64,000 nt of DNA from a virus. The stretch lies in the IMG/VR virus record IMGVR_UViG_3300045988_163435, positions 30,425 to 94,424 of that record. One strand, written 5' to 3'. Below the pieces are notes generated by a model. The model was not told the DNA's origin. It ran no database searches and saw only the letters and a program-made list of their open reading frames with translations. Shown here piece by piece: positions 1 through 12,216 of the stretch. Within the stretch, counting starts at the first letter, position 1. Every line of letters starts with the position of its first letter. A program made the translations under genes and the position numbers.

Positions 1-8
1 CCAATAAA

Positions 9-3000
9 ATGGCAAAGCTGTTTTCGTTTTATTTGAATTTGTTGCAGAATGATCCAGCGGCAAAGACCAAAGGTTATCTAAAGAATCAATACAGTGACGA
101 CATTGACTTCTCTAAAATGTCTCGCAAGGATATTCTGATGATTCCGCGATTCGCCAGCGATCTTATGTATACATCTGTTAGGCAACATCTTGAGAACGCG
201 CGTGTCATGCTCTCAGATCCAGGGCTTATCGCCGAAATGGATTTGTTTCTCGCCAATTATGATACAATGGTAGAGCTCGCAAGCAAGCAGCTTATCAAGA
301 ACGAACATATGTATATTACTGTTGATGGGAAGCTCATGGAAGAGGAGGAATCGACAGAGGATGTTGAGGGTAATGATTCGCAGGATGATGGTTCACCAGA
401 GGCGAATGAGGCCGGTGAGGTTGAGATGATTTATGGCGAAACAAAACTACATCAATCGGCTATCAAGGCGGTCTCTCTTGATATAAAGACAATTCTATCT
501 ACAATCCGCGAATCAACTGACGATGGTCAGTACTTTGTTGACGAGTATGGATTATGGGATTTCATGGATTACAGCACAGTAGCGTCAAGCGTCCTTAAAT
601 GGACTCAGGGAACAACGTCAAAATCGGAGTTTTTAGCCGCACTTAGGGAACACGCTAAGTCAACACCTTGGCTAAGGGATGTTCTTGCAATGGTGGACGT
701 TTATGCACCAAATATAATACCTACAAAGATAACTTATGAACGCTCGTCTTCCCTATATAGGAATTTCGCTAAGTCAGAACTACCATTCTATTCATCAAGA
801 CTTGTACGTGGAAATGATGGTAATCTTGTAATGAAAACTATCATGGAGAATACCGGCAAGACGGCCAATTATATTCTTACAAGACTTATGGCTGATTATG
901 AAAAGGGTAACGCTCCAATATTCAAGAACAATAGGCTTGATATTTTTGTCAAGGGCAAAAATGCCAGAGGAGAAGACTTTGCAATATCGAACATACTCAA
1001 CGTAACAAGCAAGAATGTTTCGACATCTGTTGTCAGAGAGCTTATGGATAATGATTTTTTCAAAAGCAGCGAATGGAATGACATTGATTCTATCATAGAT
1101 TATGACGAGGATTATGATCCATACTTCACTGATGAAAAGAATCCCATTGCAAAACTTTATTCAGCTATTGAAAAATTTGGCATTAAGGTAAACAAGAAAA
1201 AATTTGCGTCATTATTTGCCGGGGATAACTTAAAGTCATCATTCGAGGAGACTAGATTCGCCAATATAGCTCAACTAACTTATAAGATAGCAAAGCTTAT
1301 TAGTAATGGTGAGAACGACGCTCGCGAGGCAAGCACTAAATATAAACCATTGGATCCGAGTAACGAAAACAACGTTATATATTTAATGCGAAACCTTCTT
1401 GAAAAGGTTTATCAAAACTCTGACGAAAGTGTTGATCCTAGCTGCTATGTTAACGGTAAGATGTATTATAGCTACCAATATCCTACAACTATGCAGAAAC
1501 TACTTGCCAAACTGTCAAACAGAGTCGGCAAGACAAACGCTGAGTATCTTGATTGGATGAATGATGAGTTTGGCCGCAGCATATGGTTCTATATTCCAGG
1601 AGATACTGATTTTGATGAAGGACATTGGAACCTTAAATGGCTTGAAAGACTTGCTAATGATCCGTCGTCAAGGGATGCACTACAATTCATGGTAAAGATT
1701 GCATCAAATGGCATTGGTTATGCTGACATGGGAGACCAATCATATAAATTGTCAATATTATCTGATTATTTCTTTGACAATAATGGAGAATTTGCCATAT
1801 ATAGGACGCCTATCGCATCAGATAAAAGCACATATGAGGCGGTTAAATTTCTTAGAATTAAAGACAAAGATCAATACACTCAAGAATTGATTGAACAGGC
1901 ACACGATATATTCATGCAAGAATTAATGCGTGCCAAAAGCGTGTTTGATTATCACTTTAGGGGCGAAAAAAACGGGCACATTGACAAGTTTGACATTAAG
2001 CTTAAAGGAAATAATGCCAAGATGGATGCTATTGTCATGGACAAATATGGCCATGGAATTGACATAAAGACGTCTGATGTGATGAATAACGGCAAATATA
2101 TATATAATGGTACCGGTGCGTCATTCCACATGATACCTGCTGTTGTTCATATGATGCAGACTGATGCTGATTTTGCCCAAAAGATTGTTGATGTAATCTT
2201 TAATAACAGAAAACTTGATGACTCTCTCGCAAATATGTTTGAGGAGAAATTCAGGGAGCACATGAAAGAGGTCGTTGAACATGAAAAACAATCATTCGCT
2301 GATTCCGGAGTATTTGAGCAGGAACCTTATCAAGTATATGACGAATATGAGGACAGAGTTGTATGGACCAAGAGATATAAATATGTTGATTGGATCATAA
2401 GACAACTTAATGGTGGGAAAGAAGTTCTTGGAGCAAAGGCTGACGAGCTGCTTGACGCGGCGATTGAAGAGTTTGTATACAATAACATGCTGGCGCAATG
2501 GAATATCGTTGAGATAACAACAACTGATATGGCATTCTATGGAACAATAGAAAACTTTTCAAAACGTAACGCACAGCAACACGCTTCAGGTATGCCATTC
2601 GATGCAGAGGCCGTTGTATTTGTTGACGGAAATCCAATTCGTGTGAGTGATGGCAAGATAAGAAACACAGTAATAGCGGATAACATTATATCATCTCATT
2701 CCGCTGATCAGATAAAGATAGCTCTTGATATGCTTGCTGAAAGAACCACCGATCCTGTCGCAAAGGCTAACATTAAGGCATCCATACCAATGATTTCTTC
2801 ACAGTATCGCGAGACAAATACCGCTGACGGTCAGGCATACGTGTCACTTACCGGTCTTCGTAAACAGATGGTTATGGCTGGCACGTGGGACATGAATGTG
2901 CACGAGCCGATATATCAAAGATTTATCAACGGAACGCCGACTGATGATGACTTGATGTTTGTGTTTAATAATCCGCAGAAACCATTTGGTACATCTAATA

Positions 3001-4370
3001 TTTGGCGAAATAGAGGCGGAGATACAATGCCTGATGTTCGTGTACCTACGCAGTTTAAGAACTCTGAAGTACTTCTCGCGTTCGCAGGAGCGCTTGAAGC
3101 GAATGTTGGTCTTGATTCTCAGTTGGCAGCCTTGTATAGATTTATGGAGGACTCACATTATACTGGAAGGATAGTACATGGCGGCAGAGTTGTTAATCCT
3201 GGAACATACAGGCAAGATGGCATTGATTCAATCCAGTTTGAATCTTGCGTAAAGGTTGGTCTTAACAATAAATCAGATGTCAATAATTTGTCTCCAATTG
3301 ATACATATAATGCGCTAAGAAAGGCCGTATATAATTCAGACGGAACATATAATCGCGATAACATTAACGAGTATGGCATTGAGGGATATGTTACACAGCA
3401 GGAAGTTCCGTTCCATTTTTATAACCACAAGATTCAGATTGGTTCACAGATGGCTGTAATTGCCGTTAATGATGTAAGCGACACGGCTATGCTTGATGAT
3501 CCTGGTAGTGGCAAACAAATTACTGGAAAGGAAATGAAGACGCGATACAATCACGCGTTCGCAGAGCTTATCAGTAATGCCGCAAACAGAATGCTTGGAG
3601 AGCTTGGAATGACAAGGAAAAACACTTCATCAAGAGACATAGCTCTCAACAAGTCACTTTCAAGAATGATGCAGCAAAACGTCATGAGTGGAACCAAATA
3701 CAGTATTGACATGTTACGTGCAGTTTCTCTTCATGGAGGTTCTATGTCGGTCTCTCCTGAAAACGAAATGCTGTCGGATGCTGTTCAGTCGATGCTTGGC
3801 TCTAGCTTTAGAAAAGCCATCTATAAGATATTTTTCAATGGCGGACAAACAGTACAGACGTCAAACTGGGGACGCAGTACAGATCTTGATTTGCGCTTTA
3901 AGGACAACAATGGCGGGCTTCTCATGAAATATAATGACTTTTGTAAGGCAAATAACCTTGATGCATATAATGGTAATGAACCGAATAAGGATGCTATTGA
4001 GGCGTATAACCAATATGTTCGTGAAAATCAAGCAGGGTTTGCCTATATGGAGACAATGCAGTCTATACCAAACTCAAACGTCATGTCTTATCTGACACAT
4101 ATCGATCCGGACAATAGTGGAAAACGTGTGTTTTATAAGTATCCTGCCGGACATCCAAAGGCAGGTCAGCCTTGCTTAAATGTACAGGATTTGGCAGAAC
4201 TGTTTGATGTTCATATTCCGGAGAAGCTACTCAAGTGCATATATTATCGTATTCCTACGCAGTTGAAGTCATTCATAATGCCTTGTATGATTACTGAATT
4301 TACATTACCTGGATCAGGTGATGCATCGGCTTACCCGTTAATACTTACAGTGATTAACGATTCAGACTTT
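9..4370 (+). CDS. virion-packaged RNA polymerase-like giant protein (crAss-like vRNAP), exon 1; 5' end may lie upstream of the window
   Basis: Long ORF 9..4391 with no in-frame stop between the window start and the ATG at 9. The frame ends ...VINDSDF at 4370. Joined to 5254 (DIDKGN...) it recreates DFDID, a DxDxD metal-binding motif of the kind described for crAss-like virion RNAPs. The spliced size of ~2382 aa fits that family. Confidence 0.6.
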
Positions 4371-5253
4371 AAACAATATTGGAGTCTTTAAATTGTGTTA
4401 ACTGCTGGAAACCCTTATTGACTTGTCATCAATATGGAAATCAGCAGCCAAGGCAACTGAAATGTTGCAAGGTTCAACGACTAATTAAATCATATTTAAG
4501 AACATACGTATATCGTTATGAAAACAAAAATAACCAAAGAAAGCAGAAATTTGCTTATAGGAATGCTATTAGGTGATGGGACCATCTGTAGCAACAATGT
4601 CTATAAATTATGCCATTCAATAGAACAGGAAGACTATTTAAAATGGAAAATTAAACTTCTTAATGAAAATGGAATTCGTAACAACGGATTAAAATATTAC
4701 ACAAGTTCTTGTGGATATAATATTGGAAAAACCGTTTGTTATACACAATTAAATATTATTCCTTTTATAAAAGTTCTTCGCAGAGTGTGTTATAAAAGTA
4801 AAAAGATAATTGGAAATAGAAAATTATTAAACAGACTTAGTGCACAAGAGATAGCTATATGGTACATGGATGATGGGCATATAAATATTCGTGTTAATCA
4901 CGGAAGACCATGTGGATTTTATATAAAAATAAGTACTTGCGAGCCAAAGAGCGAAGTGCAAACCATAATAGATTACTTTAGGGAAGTTTGGAATATTAAT
5001 TTTTATATGATCCACGAAGGTAAAAAAGAAGATAGCTACTCACTTTGTTGCGGAACAAAAGAAGGATTAAAATTTATAGACATAATAAAACCATATGTAT
5101 CGCAGGTTCCATCGATGATACATAAAATAACATATGATTTAACACAAAGGAAAAAACCTTTGTGAGTACACTTAAGCGTGGAAATGCACAACACTGCTTA
5201 GCAGTGAAGATATAGTCTATTCCATGAGAAATAAATAACTTATGGTAGTAAAG
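4371..5253 (+). mobile_element. group I self-splicing intron (883 nt) with intron-encoded LAGLIDADG endonuclease
   Basis: P1: exon AGACTTT (4364-4370) pairs with GGAGTCT (4381-4387), giving U.G at the splice site. P10: CAATATT (4374-4380) pairs with the first 7 nt of exon 2, GATATTG. P4: CTGCTGG/TCAGCAG. P5 hairpin: CCTTATTGA..TCAATATGG. P6: GCAAC-TGAAAT-GTTGC. R element GGTTCAACGACTAAT (GACTA at 4479-4483) pairs with S element AGATATAGTC (TAGTC at 5213-5217). P9: CCATGAG..CTTATGG. The intron ends in G (5253). Confidence 0.85.
4518..5165 (+). CDS. LAGLIDADG homing endonuclease (double-motif), encoded inside the vRNAP intron
   Basis: 215-aa ORF with two dodecapeptide motifs, LLIGMLLGDGTI and IAIWYMDDGHI. 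It is AT-rich relative to the flanks and sits between the R and S core elements of the intron (a P8-loop position). Confidence 0.9.
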   Translation: MKTKITKESRNLLIGMLLGDGTICSNNVYKLCHSIEQEDYLKWKIKLLNENGIRNNGLKYYTSSCGYNIGKTVCYTQLNIIPFIKVLRRVCYKSKKIIGNRKLLNRLSAQEIAIWYMDDGHINIRVNHGRPCGFYIKISTCEPKSEVQTIIDYFREVWNINFYMIHEGKKEDSYSLCCGTKEGLKFIDIIKPYVSQVPSMIHKITYDLTQRKKPL

Positions 5254-8040
5254 GATATTGACAAGGGAAACATGCTTTTCTATGACGCCAGAGTAAGTAC
5301 TATTGGTGGCAAACCAACATTGGCTGGCGACTATAGTATTGAAAAATACAATAAGGCAGATGGCTCAAAAAATCGAGAAGCTGCATTAAGAAACGAGATG
5401 CTTGATATGCAGTGGGCTGCAATGACTGGAGACGACGCGTTAAGGCAACAGTTTAGACCTGGTAACTTCGATATTATGGACCAGACATCATATGAGCTGG
5501 AGTTATATAGATTTGGCTTATCAAGAGAATATGTTGAACAAATGACACCAAAGCAAAGAGTGGCCAAATATGAAGAATTATCATACGACCCTAGATGGTC
5601 AGACATTTCTTTGATGTCAACTGCTGCGAGACTTAAAAAAGCATGTATGAACGCCAAAAAGCTTATCGCCATGTCAGCTGTTCAAGAAATCGCTCACGAC
5701 GTATTTAGTATGATGACTGGTCCTGGACGATTCAGAATAGCGCAGAACGATATTAGACCGATGAATATTGCCGGTTTAGATATAGGTGAGAGTGGTTCTG
5801 CATATCTTGATGAATTGGTTGACTCTGAAGGAACACTACAGAGCATTAATCTTGGTATGCTTGTTGGTGCGGCAGCAGATGGAGTTAAGAAGCCTGTGCT
5901 TGCCAGAACAAATATAGGCATGTACACAAATAAGATATACACACTATTGCTTAGATATGGGGCTACTCCAAGGCAGGCGATGTTGTTTGTGACACAGCCG
6001 ATAATGCGAGAAGTTACGGAAGCTTATGATAACGCGTCAAATAATGGATTTGCCGATGTGCAGAGAATAATTAGAAATCTCGAGCAGACAATAAATCCTA
6101 AGGGCGGCCTGTATAACACGTATAATTCCAAAACCAATAAAGATGTGCAGACGCTAATACTGGATGAGTACGATCTTGTATCGAGATTGATAGATGATAA
6201 GAATTTTGATGCAGCTTCATATATCGACAATGAAAATTCGCCAATGTTACAAGTTGACATGAGAATTCTTGCCGCACTTAGAGAACTTGACAACGCGGTT
6301 AATAGTCTTGAAGGACTCAACCAATTCTCAAGGTTTACCTCTATAGTCAATGGAGAATCACCGTCATTAGCGAAGTCTATCGAAAAGGAGTCTCGTAGAG
6401 AAAAATTCCTTATTGATCAAGCTGGAATTAAACCTGCATTCAACGTTGTTAAATTGGATGAGCAGAATAATCCTACAAAGGTAAAAACACTTGAAATTAG
6501 TGACATAAAATCACAAATACCGTTCATTGGCGCACGTATTGAATCTCAGGAAGCGCTACATAACGCGTTGCTTGAGGTGCAGTCGTCATATAATTCTCAT
6601 GCGTTCAGAACCGCGGCAAAAATTGTTGCCAACCTTTGCGGTAGAGATTACGCCAACGAGACTATCAATAGATCGGTTCATAAGGCAATGGCGATATACA
6701 AGATGATCAATGGTACCGATATTAAGACATACGGAACTGGAATGCCATCTCATATTTACGGTGTGTTTAATCCAAATACTCGATCACAAAAAGAGTTTGA
6801 TGAGAATGTTGACTTCTATTATAAGAACTTTGCCGGTTATTATAATGAAATGATAACAAAACATATGGATGAACTTTATGGAAATAAATTCATAGAATCC
6901 ATTATTCAAATGGATGCTGATAAATATATGCCAGTACCATATTTGAAAACATCTCTTAATAATCTTGACGAGGACGGCAGACAGGCTATTATGGATGACT
7001 GGAGTGCGCTTGTTAGGAGCGATAACGAAGAAATCCAGATGCTTGGTGTTCAACTGGGGATTTATTTCGCGCTACGAAGCAATATGAGATATAGCCCAAG
7101 TACACCGTATCATTTGATGCCTGTTGATGTAATAAAGTCTATTCCGAATCTTGACAGGCTTGATCGTATGGAGGCGGTCAGAAATCCTCAGATCGATCTG
7201 AATGAGTTTTTAGGATTGTATATTTTGAACAACACAAATCAGCCTGGTCTTGTACCTAGTGTTGACTTGCAATATTTGTCACAAGGCGATCCTACATTTG
7301 GAGCAGCTGTGATAGATTTTAATGCGTCGAATAAAGACTTGTCAGACGGAAAGTCAGGTTACAATCCTATATCAAATATTGGAAGATTCTATGTAAGACC
7401 ATTTAGTGAAACAGAAGGTTCTGACAGAATGGCAAAATTATCTAAGGCAATTGGGCTAAAGGTTAGAAAGGATAGCATTACTGTCTCAAGACCGGTTGTA
7501 AAGTCAGGTAATAACATAATCATGTTGACAAACAGAGATCTTGCGTTCAAAGTAAATGGTTTTGAGATAGGCAAAGATATGGAAGTGATGTTCAGAACGC
7601 TAACTCCTAAGGGGGTACGTAACGGAGTGTCTGAATACTTTGGCGACATTCTAGATGATGGTGTTTATGGAGATTTTATTGCCGAGGAGAATCCAGAGAC
7701 CGAAGAGAATCCAAATGACGTCATTACTGATGAGCAAGGATTCACTCCAAGCGGTCTTAGTTTCACACCAAGCTTCGCCACGGGAAGTATTGAGCAACAT
7801 TCTCCAGCAATGGAAGGAACGACAGAGTTGTCATTAAGCGCACTTGGTATCAGCCAAGGATCTCTTAGTAAAAAATTTGTTAGACAGCGGGTTGCCAATG
7901 GTCTTAATATCAACATGTCTGACACAGAGCTGTTGAAAAAGTTTGGTTTTAACACAGACGACGCGACAATAACATCGGAAGGCCGTAAGAAAGTGGCCGA
8001 TCTCCTCAGAGAGGAGCTTAATAAATTAAATTTGTGCTAA
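5254..8040 (+). CDS. virion RNA polymerase-like giant protein, exon 2 (928 aa)
   Basis: The frame is open from the intron 3' end. The first residues DIDKGNMLFYD complete the DFDID motif. The ATG at 5242 (MVVK) lies inside the intron P9/3' tail and is probably not a real start. Confidence 0.6.
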   Translation, partial: DIDKGNMLFYDARVSTIGGKPTLAGDYSIEKYNKADGSKNREAALRNEMLDMQWAAMTGDDALRQQFRPGNFDIMDQTSYELELYRFGLSREYVEQMTPKQRVAKYEELSYDPRWSDISLMSTAARLKKACMNAKKLIAMSAVQEIAHDVFSMMTGPGRFRIAQNDIRPMNIAGLDIGESGSAYLDELVDSEGTLQSINLGMLVGAAADGVKKPVLARTNIGMYTNKIYTLLLRYGATPRQAMLFVTQPIMREVTEAYDNASNNGFADVQRIIRNLEQTINPKGGLYNTYNSKTNKDVQTLILDEYDLVSRLIDDKNFDAASYIDNENSPMLQVDMRILAALRELDNAVNSLEGLNQFSRFTSIVNGESPSLAKSIEKESRREKFLIDQAGIKPAFNVVKLDEQNNPTKVKTLEISDIKSQIPFIGARIESQEALHNALLEVQSSYNSHAFRTAAKIVANLCGRDYANETINRSVHKAMAIYKMINGTDIKTYGTGMPSHIYGVFNPNTRSQKEFDENVDFYYKNFAGYYNEMITKHMDELYGNKFIESIIQMDADKYMPVPYLKTSLNNLDEDGRQAIMDDWSALVRSDNEEIQMLGVQLGIYFALRSNMRYSPSTPYHLMPVDVIKSIPNLDRLDRMEAVRNPQIDLNEFLGLYILNNTNQPGLVPSVDLQYLSQGDPTFGAAVIDFNASNKDLSDGKSGYNPISNIGRFYVRPFSETEGSDRMAKLSKAIGLKVRKDSITVSRPVVKSGNNIIMLTNRDLAFKVNGFEIGKDMEVMFRTLTPKGVRNGVSEYFGDILDDGVYGDFIAEENPETEENPNDVITDEQGFTPSGLSFTPSFATGSIEQHSPAMEGTTELSLSALGISQGSLSKKFVRQRVANGLNINMSDTELLKKFGFNTDDATITSEGRKKVADLLREELNKLNLC

Positions 8041-8043
8041 TAT

Positions 8044-11000
8044 ATGAAGAATTCATGTGTATTTATCCCTACTGTTAAAACAAAGGATAGAGGTGAGGTC
8101 GAGAGCAAGTTATTCAAAGACTTGCTCTCACACACCAATAATGACAGAACTCTCTCTGGGCAGATATATGCAGCCACCAAAATGATTGGTGGATTGAATA
8201 GACTTGAGGGAATCAAATACGATAAGAACGGTGAGCCAACATATAATTCACTTAACAAGGCTATAGGTCTTGATGAGATAATAAACGGCAATAAATCTAT
8301 TCACGACAAATTATTTAATGCCGGAATAATTACAGACAGTGGTGCCGATGTTGAGTTTGACAAGGCTACTGACGCATATGCAAAAGCCGCTTCATTTAAT
8401 GAGTCGAATCAAGACTTGGTCGGTGTTCCCCGAAAAAGGGATGGAAAGTTTATTGTGAACGTATCCAATCAAACCGCTGCTAATATTAATGACAAGGCTC
8501 GAATAAAATTCAAGAACGACCTCAACAATAAACTTCTCACATACCTTAACAATCTCGGATTTGACGTGTCGTTCATGGAAGACTCGAAGAAAGCTGGTTT
8601 GTTTGATCCGACAATAGCCGAGACAAATGCAAATGGCTTAAAAACAATTATCGGTATCGCTAAAGGCGATGTTGGTGAGCAGGTGTTTCCCGAGGAATTT
8701 GCACATGTCATTGTAGCAGGAATGGAAGGCAATGGTATTCTTGACAGATTGAGACGGGTTGTTACGCCGGAGACAGCAAAGGCGTTGTTTGGCGATGATT
8801 TATATAATCAGTATATTGAAGAGTATTCCAACGGAAAGAAAACAGCCGAGGAATACGTAGTGGATGAGGCTATCGGAAGACTTTTGGCTGATTACCTTAA
8901 AGAAGGAAATCCAGATTACCTTTTAAATCGCTTTTGGATGGCCGCTAAGGCTATTTTAGGGCGCGGGTCTACCGATGATATAGATTCGCTAATAAACGAG
9001 GCGAAAATGGCCTTAAAATCGATTTCTGAGGCTATAGAGGGCGGCGATGACACTATAGTCAGCAAGGATGCTATAATGACCGCCAGATCCATGGCTCATC
9101 TTACTAAACGTATAGGCTCAATGCGTGACATCGCAGAGGAATCAAGAGCGATTCTTGCGAAAAAGATTACACTTAACGACAAGCTAAATCTTGGCGACGA
9201 AGCGAGAGAGGAATCAATGGCGACATTTACTGAGATAAACAAGCTCATGGATGAAAACAAGAATGCTGCTGCTGTATTGTCGTTCATGTATGACACGGCA
9301 AAAACGTTGTCTCAAATTCAGGATAACATCGTCACATTCTCCGCAATGGTGCCGAATAATGGATTATCGGCAAGCGATGGCGATATGATTCGTATGGCTG
9401 GAACCGCAAGAACAATCACGCAGATGAGAGCGTTTAATGACGGTTACGCTGACATAATGAATGACCTGATGGGTATTCATACATTTGTGGAGAACGGAAC
9501 GATAAGCCTTGACGAAGCTACAGAAAATGATATTCAGGAACTGGCGACGCAGATTCTCGGTATGATGGCACAGATTAATTCTTATGTAAAAGACTTGCGA
9601 TTCGACGCTATTAAAACCGTCGTGCAGATATTTTACGGAAATGGTCCACAGAATAATCTGAAGTCAACAGCAAATTTTGACATCATGTCAGCAGAGCAGT
9701 TTATGCGGGTATGCAATAATGATATAACAGCCGCCGGCAGATTGTTGTCATCTCTTGGAGAATCGACAAATCCTATCGCTAGTATGGTTCACAGGATTGT
9801 GACTCTTCAACAATCAAAGCGCAACAGACGCATAATGGATATTGTGTCACGCATCGAGAATGCCAGCAAGAAACTGACAGACAAGGGTTATTCTACAGAT
9901 TTTATATATCAACGTGACGAGGATGGCATTCCTACTGGATGGCTTATTGGTCCATATGATATGAAGGCGTTTTACGACGACAGGGAGGCTTATAAGAAAA
10001 CGCTTGAGGAAAACCCTGCTCTAACAAGAGAGGATGTGGCCCGCAAGATGTATTGGTGGGACAAAAATAACACAAAGTCGATTCTTGTGGACGAAGAAAA
10101 CGGCCGTAAAGAAGATGTGCCTAAAAATCCAAAATACGCGTCTGAGGCATACAATAATCTCGATGACGCACAGAAGGCTTATTATGATGAATTAATGGCT
10201 TACAAGGCACAGCTGGAATCAATGTTGCCTGGCATCTATAGATCCCTTTATAGGGCTCCACAAATGAGAAACGATCTCGCTGAAACGTTTGATCCAATGA
10301 AGCCGGTTGAGTCAGCAAAACTTATATGGAGCTCAATGAAAGAATCGTTCATACGAAGAGAGGATGAACAGGACTTCGGAGAGGAAGCTGTATACAGAGA
10401 TGACAACGGAGTAAAACATATTTTACTTGATTTTGACGGTGAGCCAATCAGAAAGGTGCCGATATACTTTGCTAATATGATTCACGATAAGCGAAGGCTC
10501 AACACTGACTTCACAAGAGCGATGAATGCCTATGCATCAATGTGTGTAAACTATGACGAGATGTCAAAAATTACCGATATGCTTGAGATGATTGCCTCGT
10601 ACGTTAAAGAACAATATGAAACTCCTCACACATCTGGTAACAAAGAGGTGCAAGGAAGGGTGTCATTGTTCGGCAGAGTATTCACAAAGCCATATCTATA
10701 CGGGAAGGGTGGTTCAAACCTTTATAAGGCAATACGTTCTTTCATAGATGCAAATGTATATGGCAAGACAATGAATGACCTTGGTGAGACAAGACTTGAT
10801 AATCCGTTCTCAAACGAGGATGGAGAGGGTAAGACATATGTGATAGACCATAACACATTGTTCAAATCATTTATGGCTTACGGTAGTATAGCAAAACTCG
10901 GTGTCAACTTGTTCTCAGGATTAAGTAATGTCACAATGGGTGAAACGCAGATGTATCTTGAAGCAACGGCAGGAGAGTTCTTTGGATTAAAGGATCTCGC

Positions 11001-12213
11001 TATCGCCAAGAAAAACTACCTGAAAGACCTGCCAAAATATCTTGAAAATATGGAGAAGCGGCAAAAAAGTGACAAGATGTCATTATTGATGACACTGTTT
11101 AACATGGACGAGGATGCTTTCAGAGAGGTACAGGAGCGCAAATATAACAATAATTTCATCAGGCGAGTATTGGGAGACGCTTCGTGGTTTTTCTTGCAGA
11201 CAGCCGGTGAGCACAAACTGCATGTGACAGGAGGTTATGCAATGTTGTACAACACGAAACTATATGACAAGTCTGGTAATGAGGTGTCTAATATGTATGA
11301 TGCACTGGAAGTCGTTAAAACCGACACAGGATACACGATTAGGATTAAACCTGATATGTATATCAAATATGACGAGAAAGGCGCTCTAACGCGGAATTTG
11401 GATGTTTCTGAAGCCATTGAGAAAAACGGTGAGAAATATATCAAACTCGACAACGATTCAGCAAATCTCGGACAGTTTTTTGACAATATGAGCACATACA
11501 TTAACCGTGTTAACGCTGGACTACACGGAGGTTACGCACAAACCGAAAAGGGTGCGGCACATATGTCAGCGGTAGGAAAGTTGTTGATGCAGTTCAGACA
11601 ATGGATGCCAGGGCACTATAACAGGCGTTTCGCAAAGAATTACTACGATCCTGCTACAAATACATACAGGGCCGGTTTCTATAGAACAGCAGCTACTGTA
11701 TTGCTAAATATCGCCAAGGATGCCAAGCGTGGAAAACTTAATCTTGTGACAACATGGAATAATCTTGACAAAGTAGAGAAAGCGAATATGCTAAGAGCAT
11801 TTACAGAGTTGAGAATGTTCGTTTATATGATGATTGGTACTATGCTTGGATTCGGCGAACCACGCAAGGAGGATGGTTATTGGGGGCAGAAATTATTCGC
11901 GTACCAATTCAATCGCTTGAAAACAGAGATTGGTGCATCATTCCCGATTAACGTAGACTTCCTTAACAACGCCATGACAATCATTCAAACACCTGCTGCA
12001 GCCATTGAAAGCCTACAGGACATCATCAATATCGTGAATGTTTCAAATATGTTTGATGAGATTGAATCCGGTAGATACGAAGGATGGAGCAAATGGGAAC
12101 GCGATGCTATAAAAGCGTTGCCTTTGTCACAGATTATAAGAATACGAGATTTGTCCACTGAGGATTATATATTCAACATATACAGATCTAATGGTTATAG
12201 ACCTAACAAATAA
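8044..12213 (+). CDS. giant hypothetical virion-associated protein (1389 aa), co-oriented with vRNAP
   Basis: Uninterrupted 1389-aa ORF starting 3 nt after the vRNAP stop and followed by a strong terminator. No catalytic motif recognised. Confidence 0.5.
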   Translation: MKNSCVFIPTVKTKDRGEVESKLFKDLLSHTNNDRTLSGQIYAATKMIGGLNRLEGIKYDKNGEPTYNSLNKAIGLDEIINGNKSIHDKLFNAGIITDSGADVEFDKATDAYAKAASFNESNQDLVGVPRKRDGKFIVNVSNQTAANINDKARIKFKNDLNNKLLTYLNNLGFDVSFMEDSKKAGLFDPTIAETNANGLKTIIGIAKGDVGEQVFPEEFAHVIVAGMEGNGILDRLRRVVTPETAKALFGDDLYNQYIEEYSNGKKTAEEYVVDEAIGRLLADYLKEGNPDYLLNRFWMAAKAILGRGSTDDIDSLINEAKMALKSISEAIEGGDDTIVSKDAIMTARSMAHLTKRIGSMRDIAEESRAILAKKITLNDKLNLGDEAREESMATFTEINKLMDENKNAAAVLSFMYDTAKTLSQIQDNIVTFSAMVPNNGLSASDGDMIRMAGTARTITQMRAFNDGYADIMNDLMGIHTFVENGTISLDEATENDIQELATQILGMMAQINSYVKDLRFDAIKTVVQIFYGNGPQNNLKSTANFDIMSAEQFMRVCNNDITAAGRLLSSLGESTNPIASMVHRIVTLQQSKRNRRIMDIVSRIENASKKLTDKGYSTDFIYQRDEDGIPTGWLIGPYDMKAFYDDREAYKKTLEENPALTREDVARKMYWWDKNNTKSILVDEENGRKEDVPKNPKYASEAYNNLDDAQKAYYDELMAYKAQLESMLPGIYRSLYRAPQMRNDLAETFDPMKPVESAKLIWSSMKESFIRREDEQDFGEEAVYRDDNGVKHILLDFDGEPIRKVPIYFANMIHDKRRLNTDFTRAMNAYASMCVNYDEMSKITDMLEMIASYVKEQYETPHTSGNKEVQGRVSLFGRVFTKPYLYGKGGSNLYKAIRSFIDANVYGKTMNDLGETRLDNPFSNEDGEGKTYVIDHNTLFKSFMAYGSIAKLGVNLFSGLSNVTMGETQMYLEATAGEFFGLKDLAIAKKNYLKDLPKYLENMEKRQKSDKMSLLMTLFNMDEDAFREVQERKYNNNFIRRVLGDASWFFLQTAGEHKLHVTGGYAMLYNTKLYDKSGNEVSNMYDALEVVKTDTGYTIRIKPDMYIKYDEKGALTRNLDVSEAIEKNGEKYIKLDNDSANLGQFFDNMSTYINRVNAGLHGGYAQTEKGAAHMSAVGKLLMQFRQWMPGHYNRRFAKNYYDPATNTYRAGFYRTAATVLLNIAKDAKRGKLNLVTTWNNLDKVEKANMLRAFTELRMFVYMMIGTMLGFGEPRKEDGYWGQKLFAYQFNRLKTEIGASFPINVDFLNNAMTIIQTPAAAIESLQDIINIVNVSNMFDEIESGRYEGWSKWERDAIKALPLSQIIRIRDLSTEDYIFNIYRSNGYRPNK

Positions 12214-12216
12214 GCA

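Noticed and set aside
4379-4576. 65-aa plus-strand ORF at the start of the vRNAP intron
   Set aside because: It overlaps the P1-P7 ribozyme core and the start of the LAGLIDADG ORF in another frame. It is a chance ORF in structured RNA.
5242-5253. ATG at 5242 as an independent start for a separate 932-aa protein
   Set aside because: These 12 nt fall between the P9 hairpin and the terminal G of the intron. Joining 4370 to 5254 is in frame and rebuilds DFDID, so the two ORFs are better explained as exons of one gene.
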